Below are positions 23,784-32,877 of a stretch of DNA of 33,802 nucleotides, one piece after another. Every line of letters begins with the position of its first letter. The stretch's first letter is position 1. The notes below the pieces were generated by a model. That model saw only the letters and a list, made by a program, of their open reading frames with translations, searched no databases and was not told the origin of the DNA. This DNA is from Acidimicrobiales bacterium (GTDB lineage: Bacteria > Actinomycetota > Acidimicrobiia > Acidimicrobiales > JAUTXP01): NCBI GenBank assembly GCA_036008925.1, contig DASYMT010000010.1, positions 1 through 33,802 on the forward strand, given 5' to 3'. The position numbers and the translations under genes are program-made.

Positions 23784-23801
23784 ACTTGACCGATCGGTCA
23801 A
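23784..23801. promoter_or_regulatory. Perfect 18-bp palindrome CTTGACCGATCGGTCAAG (candidate operator with embedded -35-like TTGACC on both strands)
   Basis: I read it directly. It sits centrally in the 54-nt divergent gap between the LLM oxidoreductase (start 23767) and the alpha/beta hydrolase (start 23822). Confidence 0.5.
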
Positions 23802-23821
23802 GAAAGGACAAGCATCGCCGC

Positions 23822-24703
23822 ATGCCCCACGCCACCGCCAACGGGATAACGATCGAGTACGACGAGTTCGGCAGTCCCGAGGACCCCGCCCTGCTGCTGA
23901 TCATGGGCCTCGGCACCCAGATGATCGCCTGGGACGAGGCGTTCTGCCGCCAACTGGCGGCCGAGGGCTTCCGTGTTGTGCGCTTCGACAACCGGGACGT
24001 GGGCCTGTCGCAGAAGATCGAGGACGGGCCCCGGCCCGATGTGCTGGCCGCCATGCAGGGCGACACCTCCAGCGCGGCCTACACACTCGACGACATGGCG
24101 GCCGACGCCGGGGGCCTGCTCGACGCGCTCGGCATCGACGCGGCCCACATCGTCGGCGCGTCGATGGGCGGCATGATCGCCCAGACCTTCGCCATCAACT
24201 ACCCCGAGCGGACGCTGAGCCTGTGCTCGATCATGTCGACCACGGGCGCCCCCACCGCGGGCCAGCCCCACCCCGAGATCATCCCCATCCTCCTCGGCCC
24301 CCGCCCCGCGGGCCGCGAGGACGCCATGGACCGGGCCGAGGCCGCGGTGCGGGCCTTCGGCTCCCGGGGCCTGCCGGTCGACTGGGCCGCGGTGCGCGAG
24401 CGCGCGGGCCAGTCGTACGACCGCTGCTTCTACCCGATCGGCTTCGCCCGTCAGCTCGTGGCCATCATCGCCTCGGGCGACCGCACCGAGCGGCTCCGAC
24501 AGCTCGACGTTCCCACCGTCGTCATCCACGGCACCGACGACAAGCTGATCGACCCGTCCGGCGGCGAGGCCACTGCGGCTGCCATCCCCGGGGCCGAGCA
24601 CATCGTCATCGAGGGCATGGGCCACGACCTGCCCGCCCCGGCCTGGCCCGCCATCGTCGGCGCCATCGTCCGCAACACGGCCCGGGCCGGGGTGGCCCGA
24701 TGA
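23822..24703 (+). CDS. Alpha/beta-fold hydrolase
   Basis: The ATG at 23822 gives [31 protein letters not shown]. The nucleophile elbow GASMGG and a C-terminal GMGHD are present. Confidence 0.85.
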   Translation: MPHATANGITIEYDEFGSPEDPALLLIMGLGTQMIAWDEAFCRQLAAEGFRVVRFDNRDVGLSQKIEDGPRPDVLAAMQGDTSSAAYTLDDMAADAGGLLDALGIDAAHIVGASMGGMIAQTFAINYPERTLSLCSIMSTTGAPTAGQPHPEIIPILLGPRPAGREDAMDRAEAAVRAFGSRGLPVDWAAVRERAGQSYDRCFYPIGFARQLVAIIASGDRTERLRQLDVPTVVIHGTDDKLIDPSGGEATAAAIPGAEHIVIEGMGHDLPAPAWPAIVGAIVRNTARAGVAR

Positions 24704-25842
24704 GCGGCCCGCTCGCGGGCCTGAAGATCGTCGAGATCGCGGGCATCGGCCCCGGCCCCTTCGCGGCCATGCTGCTGGCCGACCTGGGCGCCGACGTGCT
24801 CCGCATCGACCGGGCCCAGGCCGTTGGCACACCAACAGACGAGCCGCACTGGGACCTGCTCAACCGGGGCCGGCGCTCGGTGGGCATCGACCTCAAGAAC
24901 CCCGATGGCGTCGAGACCGTGCTGCGCCTGGCCCAGCAGGCCGACGCCCTCATCGAGGGCTTCCGCCCCGGCGTGGCCGAGCGCCTGGGCATCGGCCCGG
25001 ACGACTGCCAGGCCCGCAACCCCCGCCTCGTCTACGGGCGCATGACCGGCTGGGGCCAGGACGGGCCCTACGCCTCCGCCGCGGGCCACGACATCAACTA
25101 CATCGCCCTGGCCGGCGCCCTGCACCCCATCGGCCGGGCGGGCGACCCGCCCGTCCCGCCCCTCAACCTGGTGGGCGACTTCGGAGGCGGCGGGATGCTG
25201 CTGGCCTTCGGCGTCGTCTGCGCGCTGCTCGAGGCCAAGACGAGCGGACAGGGCCAGGTGGTCGACGCGGCCATGGTCGACGGGGCCGCCGTGCTCACCA
25301 CCATGTTCCACGCCTTCCGGCACATCGGGCTGTGGAACGACGAGCGGGGTACCAACCTGCTCGACACCGGCGCCCACTTCTACGAGGTCTACGAGTGCGC
25401 CGACGGCGAGCACGTCTCCATCGGCTCCATCGAGCCCCAGTTCTACGCCGAGCTGCGCAGGCTGGCGGGCCTCGACGCCGACGAGTGGGGGGCCCAGATG
25501 GACCGCTCCCAGTGGCCCGTCCTCAAGGTCAAGATGGCCGAGGTCTTCAAGCAGAAGACCCGAGCCGAGTGGTGCGAGCTGATGGAGCACACCGACGTGT
25601 GCTTCGCCCCGGTGCTGTCGCTGTCGGAGGCGCCGCAGCACCCGCACAACGTGGCCAGGCAGACGTTCGTCGACGTGGCCGGCGTGACCCAGCCCGCCCC
25701 CGCGCCGCGGTTCAGCCGCACGCCCGGCGGCGTCGCCCGGCCGCCCGCCCAGCCCGGGCAGCACACGGATGAGGCCCTGGTCGACTGGGGCATCCCGGCC
25801 GACGACATCGCCAAGCTCCGGGAGACCGGCGCCGTCAAATAG
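24700..25842 (+). CDS. mcr: Family III CoA-transferase, alpha-methylacyl-CoA racemase type
   Basis: The ATG at 24700 forms an ATGA overlap. [83 protein letters not shown] and PAPRFSRT closely parallel mycobacterial MCR as I remember it. Confidence 0.88.
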   Translation: MSGPLAGLKIVEIAGIGPGPFAAMLLADLGADVLRIDRAQAVGTPTDEPHWDLLNRGRRSVGIDLKNPDGVETVLRLAQQADALIEGFRPGVAERLGIGPDDCQARNPRLVYGRMTGWGQDGPYASAAGHDINYIALAGALHPIGRAGDPPVPPLNLVGDFGGGGMLLAFGVVCALLEAKTSGQGQVVDAAMVDGAAVLTTMFHAFRHIGLWNDERGTNLLDTGAHFYEVYECADGEHVSIGSIEPQFYAELRRLAGLDADEWGAQMDRSQWPVLKVKMAEVFKQKTRAEWCELMEHTDVCFAPVLSLSEAPQHPHNVARQTFVDVAGVTQPAPAPRFSRTPGGVARPPAQPGQHTDEALVDWGIPADDIAKLRETGAVK

Positions 25843-25933
25843 CCCACCCGCCCCCAGGGTTCTTGCGGCAGCCGGACGCGGCCCCCGCAGCCAGTCGTCG
25901 CCAGAACGGAACAAGGGGCCACACCGCGCGAGG

Positions 25934-26746
25934 ATGCAGCCCATGGCGACCGCCGTGTTCTTCCACGCCCACCCCGACGACGAGGCCATCGCCACTGGCG
26001 GCACCATGGCCAAGGCGGCGGCCGCGGGCCATCGAGTCGTGCTCGTGTTCGCCACCAAGGGCGAGCACGGCGAGGTCGAGGACGGCTTCCTCGACCCGGG
26101 CGAGGAGCTGTGGCAGCGCCGTATGCAGGAGGCGGAGGCGTCGGGCAAGGTGCTGGGGGCGCAGCGGGTCGAGTTCCTGGGCTACACCGACAGCGGCATG
26201 GTCGACACGCCCGAGAACAACGCCCCCGAGTCCTTCTGGCAGGCCGACGTGGACGAGGCTGCGCAGAAGCTGGCCCGCATCCTGGAGGAGGAGCAGGCCG
26301 ACGTCCTCACCATCTACGACCCCAACGGCAACTACGGCCACCCCGACCACATCCAGGTCCACCGGGTGGGCGCCCGGGCGGGCGAGCTGGCCAAGACGCC
26401 CAAGGTCTACGAGGCCACCATCGACCGCGACTACATCCGCGCCCTCATCGCCCAGGCGGCCGAGATGGGCCTGTCGCCCGCGGGCGACGGCAGCCCCCCG
26501 CCCGACCCGGAGGAGTTCAACATGGGGATGCCGGGCGAGCTCATCACCACCCGGGTCGACGTGCGCGACCACTTGGGCGAGAAGCGCCAGGCCATGCGGG
26601 CCCATGCCAGCCAGATCTCGGAGACCTCCTTCTTCCTGGCCATGCCCGAGCCCGCCTTCGAGGCCGCGTGGGGCATCGAGTTCTACATCCTGCGCGGCGT
26701 GCCCAAGGAGACGGAGGAGACCGACCTGTTCGAGGGGGTCGGTTGA
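25934..26746 (+). CDS. PIG-L/LmbE-family deacetylase
   Basis: AVFFHAHPDDEAIATGG and HPDH are the PIG-L zinc motifs. The start is ATG 25934 or ATG 25943, and the second has better spacing to the GAGGA. Confidence 0.85.
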   Translation: MQPMATAVFFHAHPDDEAIATGGTMAKAAAAGHRVVLVFATKGEHGEVEDGFLDPGEELWQRRMQEAEASGKVLGAQRVEFLGYTDSGMVDTPENNAPESFWQADVDEAAQKLARILEEEQADVLTIYDPNGNYGHPDHIQVHRVGARAGELAKTPKVYEATIDRDYIRALIAQAAEMGLSPAGDGSPPPDPEEFNMGMPGELITTRVDVRDHLGEKRQAMRAHASQISETSFFLAMPEPAFEAAWGIEFYILRGVPKETEETDLFEGVG

Positions 26747-27312
26747 GCAGGCTGTACCTCGTCCGCCACGGGGAGGCGGCGGCGGGCTGGCATGAGGACC
26801 ACGATCCAGGCCTGAGCGAGCGGGGCCGACGGCAGGCCGAGTCGGTCGCCGTGGAGCTGGCCCCTCTTGGCCCCCTGCCCATCGTGGCCAGCCCCCTGCG
26901 CCGCACCCAGGAGACGGCCGCCCCCCTCGCCGCCGCGTGGGGCGTCGCCCCCCGGCTCGACCCGGACGTGGCCGAGCTGCCGTCGCCCACCGACGACCTG
27001 GCCGAGCGGGGCGCCTGGCTCATGGACCTGTTCGCCACCGCCTGGGACGACTGGCCGCCAGGCCTCCAGGCCTGGCGCGGCCGCATCCCCCAGACGCTGC
27101 GGGCCCTCGCCGGGGCCGGCACCGATGCGGTCGTCTTCACCCACTTCGTCTTCATCGCCCACGCGGCCGGGGACCCGGCCTATCAGCCCGACTACTGCTC
27201 GGTCACCGTGCTGGATGGGAACGGCGGGCTGGATGGGAACGGCGGGCTCGACGGGAACGGCGGGCTCGACGTGGTGCAGCGGGGCCGCGCCCGCGAGACG
27301 CCCGTCCTGTGA
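26743..27312 (+). CDS. Histidine phosphatase (phosphoglycerate-mutase-like) family protein with a C-terminal DGNGGL repeat
   Basis: The TTG at 26743 forms a TTGA overlap. RLYLVRHGE (RHG motif), SPLRRTQETA and VVFTHF are present. The C-terminus carries (L)DGNGG x3. Confidence 0.8.
   Translation: MSRLYLVRHGEAAAGWHEDHDPGLSERGRRQAESVAVELAPLGPLPIVASPLRRTQETAAPLAAAWGVAPRLDPDVAELPSPTDDLAERGAWLMDLFATAWDDWPPGLQAWRGRIPQTLRALAGAGTDAVVFTHFVFIAHAAGDPAYQPDYCSVTVLDGNGGLDGNGGLDGNGGLDVVQRGRARETPVL
27211..27270 (+). repeat. 18-bp tandem repeat, about 3.3 copies (ctggatgggaacggcggg)
   Basis: Copies at 27211-27228 and 27229-27246 are identical. The copy at 27247-27264 differs at 2 synonymous positions, and a partial copy lies at 27265-27270. 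It is in frame and encodes LDGNGG repeats. Confidence 0.9.
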
Positions 27313-28838
27313 ACACGCCGCTCACCCCGCTCGACTTCTTGGAGCGGGCCCGCCGCATCTACGCCGACCTGGAAGGGGTCACCGAAGGCGCCCGGCGGCT
27401 GACCTATGGCGAGTATGCGGCCCGCTGCCACCGGTTGGCCCACGCGCTGAGGAGGGACCTGCGCATCCGGCCCGGCGACCGCGTCGCCTACCTGTGTGGC
27501 AACACCCTTGAACTGCTGGAGGCCTACTACGGGGTGGTGCTGGCGGGCGGCGTGCTCACCCCCCTCAACGTGCGCCTCGGGCCCTACGAGATGCAGCAGA
27601 TCCTGGACGACTGCGAGCCCGCCGCCCTGTTCGCCCACCCTTCGTATGAAGCGGTGGCCGACGACCTGCTGCCCCGCAGGCGGGTCGATCTCGGCCCGTC
27701 GTACGAGGCCATGCTGGCGGCCCAGCCCGACACGCCCTTCGAGCCCGAGCCCTTCGACGAGGACGACGTGTGCGAGCTCTTCTACACGAGCGGCACTACC
27801 TCGTCGCCCAAGGGGGCCATGCTCACCCACCGGGCGCTGGCCACCCATGCGGTGGACAGCGCGCTGACCCTCGGCCTGTCGCACCGGGATGTGATCCTCC
27901 ACACCATCGCCCTCTTCCACGTGAACGGGTGGGGCACGCCCCACTACGTGACCGCCCTCGGCGCCCGGCACGTCCTCATCGACAAGTTCGAGCCGGCCGA
28001 GGTGCTGCGCCTGGTGGAGGAGGAGGGCGTGACCCGGCTGTCGCTGGTGCCCACCATGGCCGCGTCGATCGTGGTCCACCCCGAGGCCCGCACCCGGGAC
28101 CTGTCGTCGCTGGTGCAGGTGACGGTGGGCGGCGCGGCCACCCCGCCCGACCTGCTGGTGGAGATGGAGGGGGTGTTCGGCTGCGAGGTGATGTGCGGGT
28201 ACGGCCTGACCGAGAGCAGCCCGCAGTTGACCAAGGCCGTCACCCTGCGCTCGCACGACGGGCTGGCGCTGGAGGAGCGGCGCAGGCGCAACGCCACGAC
28301 CGGGCTGCCCAACGTGGGTGTGGACCTGCGGGTGTTCGACGACGACGACGCCGAGGTGCCGTGGGACGGCCACGCGGTGGGGGAGGTCTGCGTCCGGTCG
28401 AACCACGTGATGGCGGGCTACTGGGAGAAGCCCGAGGAGACCGAGGCCGCGCTGCGGGGCGGGTGGCTGCGCACCGGCGACCTGGCCACCGTGGACGCCG
28501 AGGGCTACGTCACCATCGTCGACCGCAAGAAGGACATCATCATCAGTGGGGGCGAGAACGTCTCGTCGGTCCAGGTCGAGGCGGTGCTGGCGTCGCACCC
28601 TTCGGTGTTCGAGGTGGCGGTGGTGGGCATGCCCGACGAGAAGTGGGGCGAGGTGCCCCGGGCCTTCGTGTCGCTGCGGCCTGGCGCAGCCCCGGCGAGC
28701 GAGGCCGAGTTGATCGAGTGGGTGCGGGACCGGCTGGCCCACTTCAAGGCGCCCAAGCGCATCGACTTCCGGGCCGATCTGCCCAAGGGCGGCACCGGCA
28801 AGATCCTCAAGGCCGAGCTGCGCAAGGAGTCCCTATGA
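27309..28838 (+). CDS. AMP-dependent acyl-CoA synthetase/ligase (FadD-like)
   Basis: The GTG at 27309 forms a GTGA overlap. YTSGTTSSPKGAMLTH (AMP-binding motif), GYGLTE, TGDLATVDAEGYVTIVDRKKD and GKILK are present. Confidence 0.9.
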   Translation: MNTPLTPLDFLERARRIYADLEGVTEGARRLTYGEYAARCHRLAHALRRDLRIRPGDRVAYLCGNTLELLEAYYGVVLAGGVLTPLNVRLGPYEMQQILDDCEPAALFAHPSYEAVADDLLPRRRVDLGPSYEAMLAAQPDTPFEPEPFDEDDVCELFYTSGTTSSPKGAMLTHRALATHAVDSALTLGLSHRDVILHTIALFHVNGWGTPHYVTALGARHVLIDKFEPAEVLRLVEEEGVTRLSLVPTMAASIVVHPEARTRDLSSLVQVTVGGAATPPDLLVEMEGVFGCEVMCGYGLTESSPQLTKAVTLRSHDGLALEERRRRNATTGLPNVGVDLRVFDDDDAEVPWDGHAVGEVCVRSNHVMAGYWEKPEETEAALRGGWLRTGDLATVDAEGYVTIVDRKKDIIISGGENVSSVQVEAVLASHPSVFEVAVVGMPDEKWGEVPRAFVSLRPGAAPASEAELIEWVRDRLAHFKAPKRIDFRADLPKGGTGKILKAELRKESL

Positions 28839-29950
28839 CGCGGAGCGGGGCGTGGACCCACACCGGCTACACCCAGAAGATCGTCTTCGGCACCGACACG
28901 GTCGACCGGCTGGGCGAGCTGGTCAAGGAGCTGGGCGGCCGCCGGGTGCTGCTGGTCACCACCGCGGGCCGGCGCCAGAGCGAGGCGGGGGAGCGGGTGG
29001 TGCGCGCCCTCGGCCGCAGCCTGGCCTCGGTGTTCGACGGCGTGCGCTCCCACGTCCCCACCTCGGCCATGCGCGCCGCCCTCCAGCAGGCGGGGGACGA
29101 CAACGCCGATCTCATCGTGAGCTTCGGCGGCGGCTCGTGCGCCGACCTGGCCAAGGCGGTGTGCTTCTTCACCGAGCAGCAGGCGGGCATGCCCGGCCAG
29201 AGTTACGCCGACAAGCCCATGCTCCCGCACATCTCGGTGCCCACCACCTACTCGGGGGCCGAGCTCACGCCCTTCTTCGGCATGACCGACGAGGCCACCC
29301 GCCAGAAGCAGGGCGCGGGCGGCCCGACCGTGGCCCCGGTGGCCGCCGTGTACGACCCCACCGTCACCCTCGACACCCCCGCCCGGGTGAGCGCCGAGAC
29401 GGGCATGAACTGCCTGGCCCACGGCGTGGAGTGCGCCTACTCGCCCGCACGCACCCCCGAGGCCGAGGCCGTCGCCCTGGCCTGCATCGAGCGGGTGGCC
29501 TGGGCCCTGCCCCAAGTGGTGGACGAGCCCGACGACCTGGCCGCCCGCACGGCCATGCTCGAAGGGGCCGCTCTGGGCGGGCGCTGCCTGCAGAACGCGG
29601 GCATGGGCGTGCACCACGGCCTGGCCCAGGTGCTGGGCGGGCGCACTGGCGTTCCCCACGGCCTGGTCAACGCGCTGTTGCTGGCCCACGCCCTGCGCTT
29701 CACGGCTGAGGCCGTGCCCGCCGAGGCCCACCGGATCGGCACCGCGTTGGGCGACCCGGACGACCCCGCGGGCGCCGTCGACCGGCTGCGCGAGCGGCTC
29801 GGCCTGCCCGCAGGCCTGGGCCAGTGCGGGGTCGACAAGGAGGAGCTGGACGTGGTGGCCCGGCTGGCCATGGACAACCGCAATGTCGGCAACAACCCCC
29901 GCCCGGTGAGCGAGGAAGACGCCCGGGCCATCCTGGAGGCGGCTTTTTAG
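28835..29950 (+). CDS. Iron-containing alcohol dehydrogenase family (maleylacetate-reductase-like)
   Basis: The ATG at 28835 forms an ATGA overlap. SFGGGSCADLAKAV, VPTTYSGAE, NCLAHGVE and GVHHGLAQVLGG fit Fe-ADH/maleylacetate reductase. Confidence 0.85.
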   Translation: MTRSGAWTHTGYTQKIVFGTDTVDRLGELVKELGGRRVLLVTTAGRRQSEAGERVVRALGRSLASVFDGVRSHVPTSAMRAALQQAGDDNADLIVSFGGGSCADLAKAVCFFTEQQAGMPGQSYADKPMLPHISVPTTYSGAELTPFFGMTDEATRQKQGAGGPTVAPVAAVYDPTVTLDTPARVSAETGMNCLAHGVECAYSPARTPEAEAVALACIERVAWALPQVVDEPDDLAARTAMLEGAALGGRCLQNAGMGVHHGLAQVLGGRTGVPHGLVNALLLAHALRFTAEAVPAEAHRIGTALGDPDDPAGAVDRLRERLGLPAGLGQCGVDKEELDVVARLAMDNRNVGNNPRPVSEEDARAILEAAF

Positions 29951-31093
29951 ATGCAGTTCACCGAGGACCACCAGACGTTCCGCAAGGCGGCCCGGGCCGT
30001 GCTGGAGCGGGAGATCCCGCCCCACTTCGACGAGTGGGAGCGCCAGGGGGCCTTCCCGGCCCACGACGTGTTCAAGAAGCTGGGCGAGGCCGGGCTGCTG
30101 GGCCTCGAGTACGACCCCGCCTACGGCGGGCAGGGGGCCGATCATTCGTACACGGTCATCCTCGGCGAGGAGCTGGGGCGGCTGCACGCGGCGGGGGTCT
30201 CGATGGCGGTCACGGTGCAGACCGACATGGCCACGCCGTCGCTGCACCGGTTCGGCTCGCCCGAGTTGAAGGAGCAGTACCTGGCGCCCGCCATCCGGGG
30301 CGAGATGGTCACGTCGATCGCGGTGACCGAGCCCGACGCCGGGTCCGACGTGGCCGCGCTGCGCACCCGGGCCGTGCGCGACGGCGACGAGTGGGTCATC
30401 AATGGGACGAAGCTCTACATCACCTCGGGCACGCAGTCCGACTGGCTGTGCCTCTTGGCCCGCACGTCGGACGAGGGCGGCTTCCGGGGCATGTCGCAGA
30501 TCATCGTGCCCACCACCACGCCGGGCTTCTCGGTGTCGCGCAAGCTGGACAAGCTGGGCAACCGCTCGTCGGACACGGCCGAGCTCTCGTTCGTCGACGT
30601 GCGGGTGCCGGTGGCCAACACCATCGGCGAGGTGGGGCAGGGCTTCCGCCAGCAGATGGCCCAGTTCCAGAACGAGCGCATGATCGCCGCGTACACGGCG
30701 GTGGGCGCCATGGAGATGGCGCTGGCCAAGACGGCCGAGTACCTGAAGGAGCGCCAGGTGTTCGGGGCGCCCCTGCTCGACAACCAGTACCTCCAGTTCC
30801 GGCTGGCCGAGCTGTCGGCCGAGCTCGACCTGCTGCGGCACTACAACTACGCCTGCGCCGAGGCCTACATCCGGGGGGACGACACCACCCGGTTCGCCAC
30901 CATCGCCAAGCTCAAGGCGGGCAGGCTCAACCGGGAGGTGGCCGACTGGTGCCTCCAGTTCCACGGCGGGGTCGGGTACATGGAGGAGACGTGGACGGCG
31001 CGGTATTTCCGCGACTCGCGGCTTTTGTCGATCGGCGGCGGGGCCGACGAGGTGATGCTGCGGGTCCTCGCCCGCCTCAACGGCTGGGGCTGA
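29951..31093 (+). CDS. Acyl-CoA dehydrogenase
   Basis: This is a 380-aa ORF with AVTEPDAGSDVAAL, INGTKLYITSG, QVFGAPL and GGADEVM, which are typical ACAD motifs. The ATG immediately follows the previous TAG. Confidence 0.9.
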   Translation: MQFTEDHQTFRKAARAVLEREIPPHFDEWERQGAFPAHDVFKKLGEAGLLGLEYDPAYGGQGADHSYTVILGEELGRLHAAGVSMAVTVQTDMATPSLHRFGSPELKEQYLAPAIRGEMVTSIAVTEPDAGSDVAALRTRAVRDGDEWVINGTKLYITSGTQSDWLCLLARTSDEGGFRGMSQIIVPTTTPGFSVSRKLDKLGNRSSDTAELSFVDVRVPVANTIGEVGQGFRQQMAQFQNERMIAAYTAVGAMEMALAKTAEYLKERQVFGAPLLDNQYLQFRLAELSAELDLLRHYNYACAEAYIRGDDTTRFATIAKLKAGRLNREVADWCLQFHGGVGYMEETWTARYFRDSRLLSIGGGADEVMLRVLARLNGWG

Positions 31094-31112
31094 GGGACCA
31101 CACGCGCTCAGG

Positions 31113-31133
31113 GTCGGCTTTCAGCGAGCCGAC
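31113..31133 (+). terminator. Small hairpin (7-bp stem GTCGGCT/AGCCGAC, 7-nt loop) after the ACAD gene
   Basis: It lies in the 52-nt gap between the ACAD stop and the PilB-like start. There is no U-tract. Confidence 0.3.
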
Positions 31134-31145
31134 AGTAACTCCAAC

Positions 31146-32864
31146 ATGACTGAGGAAGAGCCCCAGCTCAGGGCGGTCGCGCCCATCGGCGAAGCACTCG
31201 TCGCCGCGGGCGTGGTCTCGTCCGATGACGTGGACTCGGCCCTGGCCGAGCAGCGCGTCACGCGCGAGCGCCTGGGCGACATCCTCGTGCGCCGAGGGGC
31301 AGTGAGCTCGGCCGACTTCGTCCGCATCCTGGCCCAGCAGTTCGGCATCCGCTTCATCGACCTGGCCGACTACGTGCCCGACCCCGCCGCGGGCCGCCTC
31401 ATCCCCGAGCACTTCGCCCGCCGCTTCCAGGCCGTCGGCCTCTTCTTCGAACTGGGCAAGCTGGTGGTGGCGATGGCCAACCCGGCCGACGTCTTCGCCC
31501 TCGACGACATCCGCACCCTCACGGGCCGCGACATCATGCCCGCCATGGCCGTGCCCGACCAGGTCGACGCGGCCATCGACCGCCTCTTCCGGGCCGGCTT
31601 CCGGGCCGACGACGAACTCGTCGCCGCAGCCACCGAGTTCAACCTCAGCGTGGTCGACAACGGCGACGGGGAGAAGGACGAGGAGGACGAGGGGCCGGTC
31701 GTCCGCTTCGTGCACGAGATCATCGCCCGGGCCGTGAACGAGGGCGCGTCCGACCTCCACGTGGAGCCGACGCGGGGCGAGCTGCGCATCCGCTTCCGGG
31801 TCGACGGCGTGCTGCGCGACATCATGGCCGTGCCCCGACCGCTCCAGCCCCGCATCGCCAGCCGCATCAAGATCATGGCCGAGATGGACATCGCCGACCG
31901 GCGGGCCCCGCAGGACGGCCGGGCCACCATGGTGATCGACGGCCGCCGGGTCGACATCCGGGTCGTCAGCTTCCCCACCACCAACGGCGAGGCCGTGGTC
32001 CTGCGGCTCCTCGACAAGACCGGGATGGTCCTCGACATCGGCAAGCTCGGCTTCCGCCCCGAGGTGCTCGACCGGTACCAGGAGTGCTGCCGCCAGTCCA
32101 CCGGCGCCATCCTCGTGACCGGCCCGACGGGCTCGGGCAAGTCGACCACGCTCTATGCCACCCTCCAGGAGATCAGCGGGCCGGAGCGCAACATCATCAC
32201 CATCGAGGACCCGGTCGAGTACGAGCTCGACGGCATCAAGCAGGTCCAGATCGAGAACAAGGCGGGCGTCTCGTTCGCCTCGGCCCTGCGCTCCCTGCTG
32301 CGGGCCGACCCCGACATCATCATGGTGGGCGAGGTTCGCGACCAGGACACGGCCCGGCTGGCCATCGACGCCGCCCTCACCGGCCACCTCGTCCTCACCT
32401 CGCTCCACACCAAGAGCGCGGCGGCCACGCCCGCCCGCCTGGTGAAGATGGGGATCGAGCCCTTCCTGGTGACCTCCTCCCTCCAGTGCACGCTGGCCCA
32501 GCGCCTGGCCCGTCGGCTGTGCGACCGCTGCAAGCAGGCGGCCAAGCCCGCGGCGGCCGACCTGGCCCGCCTGGGCTGGACCGAGGCCGACGCCGAGAGC
32601 GTGGGCGAGCTGGGCACGACGGGCTTCTTCCGGGCCGTGGGGTGCAGCTACTGCAAAGGGGCGGGCTACATCGGCCGCTTCGCCCTCCACGAGGTCATGC
32701 CCATCACCGAGGCGGTGGCCGACGCCATCTGCGCCTTCGCCCCGCCCAGCGTGGTGGAGGCTCTGGCCATGGACGACGGCATGGTCCCCCTGCGGCGGGA
32801 CGGGCTGCGCAAGGCAGCGGCCGGGCTGACCACGCTGGAGGAGCTCCAGCGGGTCGTCGGCTAA
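31146..32864 (+). CDS. GspE/PilB-family secretion or type IV pilus assembly ATPase with an MshEN-type N domain
   Basis: Walker A is GPTGSGKSTT, Walker B is DPDIIMVGEVRD, and the His box is TGHLVLTSLHT. The tetracysteine is CDRCK...GCSYCKG. The N-terminal tandem 24-aa motifs are PIGEALVAAGVVSSDDVDSALAEQ and RLGDILVRRGAVSSADFVRILAQQ. Confidence 0.9.
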   Translation: MTEEEPQLRAVAPIGEALVAAGVVSSDDVDSALAEQRVTRERLGDILVRRGAVSSADFVRILAQQFGIRFIDLADYVPDPAAGRLIPEHFARRFQAVGLFFELGKLVVAMANPADVFALDDIRTLTGRDIMPAMAVPDQVDAAIDRLFRAGFRADDELVAAATEFNLSVVDNGDGEKDEEDEGPVVRFVHEIIARAVNEGASDLHVEPTRGELRIRFRVDGVLRDIMAVPRPLQPRIASRIKIMAEMDIADRRAPQDGRATMVIDGRRVDIRVVSFPTTNGEAVVLRLLDKTGMVLDIGKLGFRPEVLDRYQECCRQSTGAILVTGPTGSGKSTTLYATLQEISGPERNIITIEDPVEYELDGIKQVQIENKAGVSFASALRSLLRADPDIIMVGEVRDQDTARLAIDAALTGHLVLTSLHTKSAAATPARLVKMGIEPFLVTSSLQCTLAQRLARRLCDRCKQAAKPAAADLARLGWTEADAESVGELGTTGFFRAVGCSYCKGAGYIGRFALHEVMPITEAVADAICAFAPPSVVEALAMDDGMVPLRRDGLRKAAAGLTTLEELQRVVG

Positions 32865-32877
32865 CAGCGGGCTGCGC

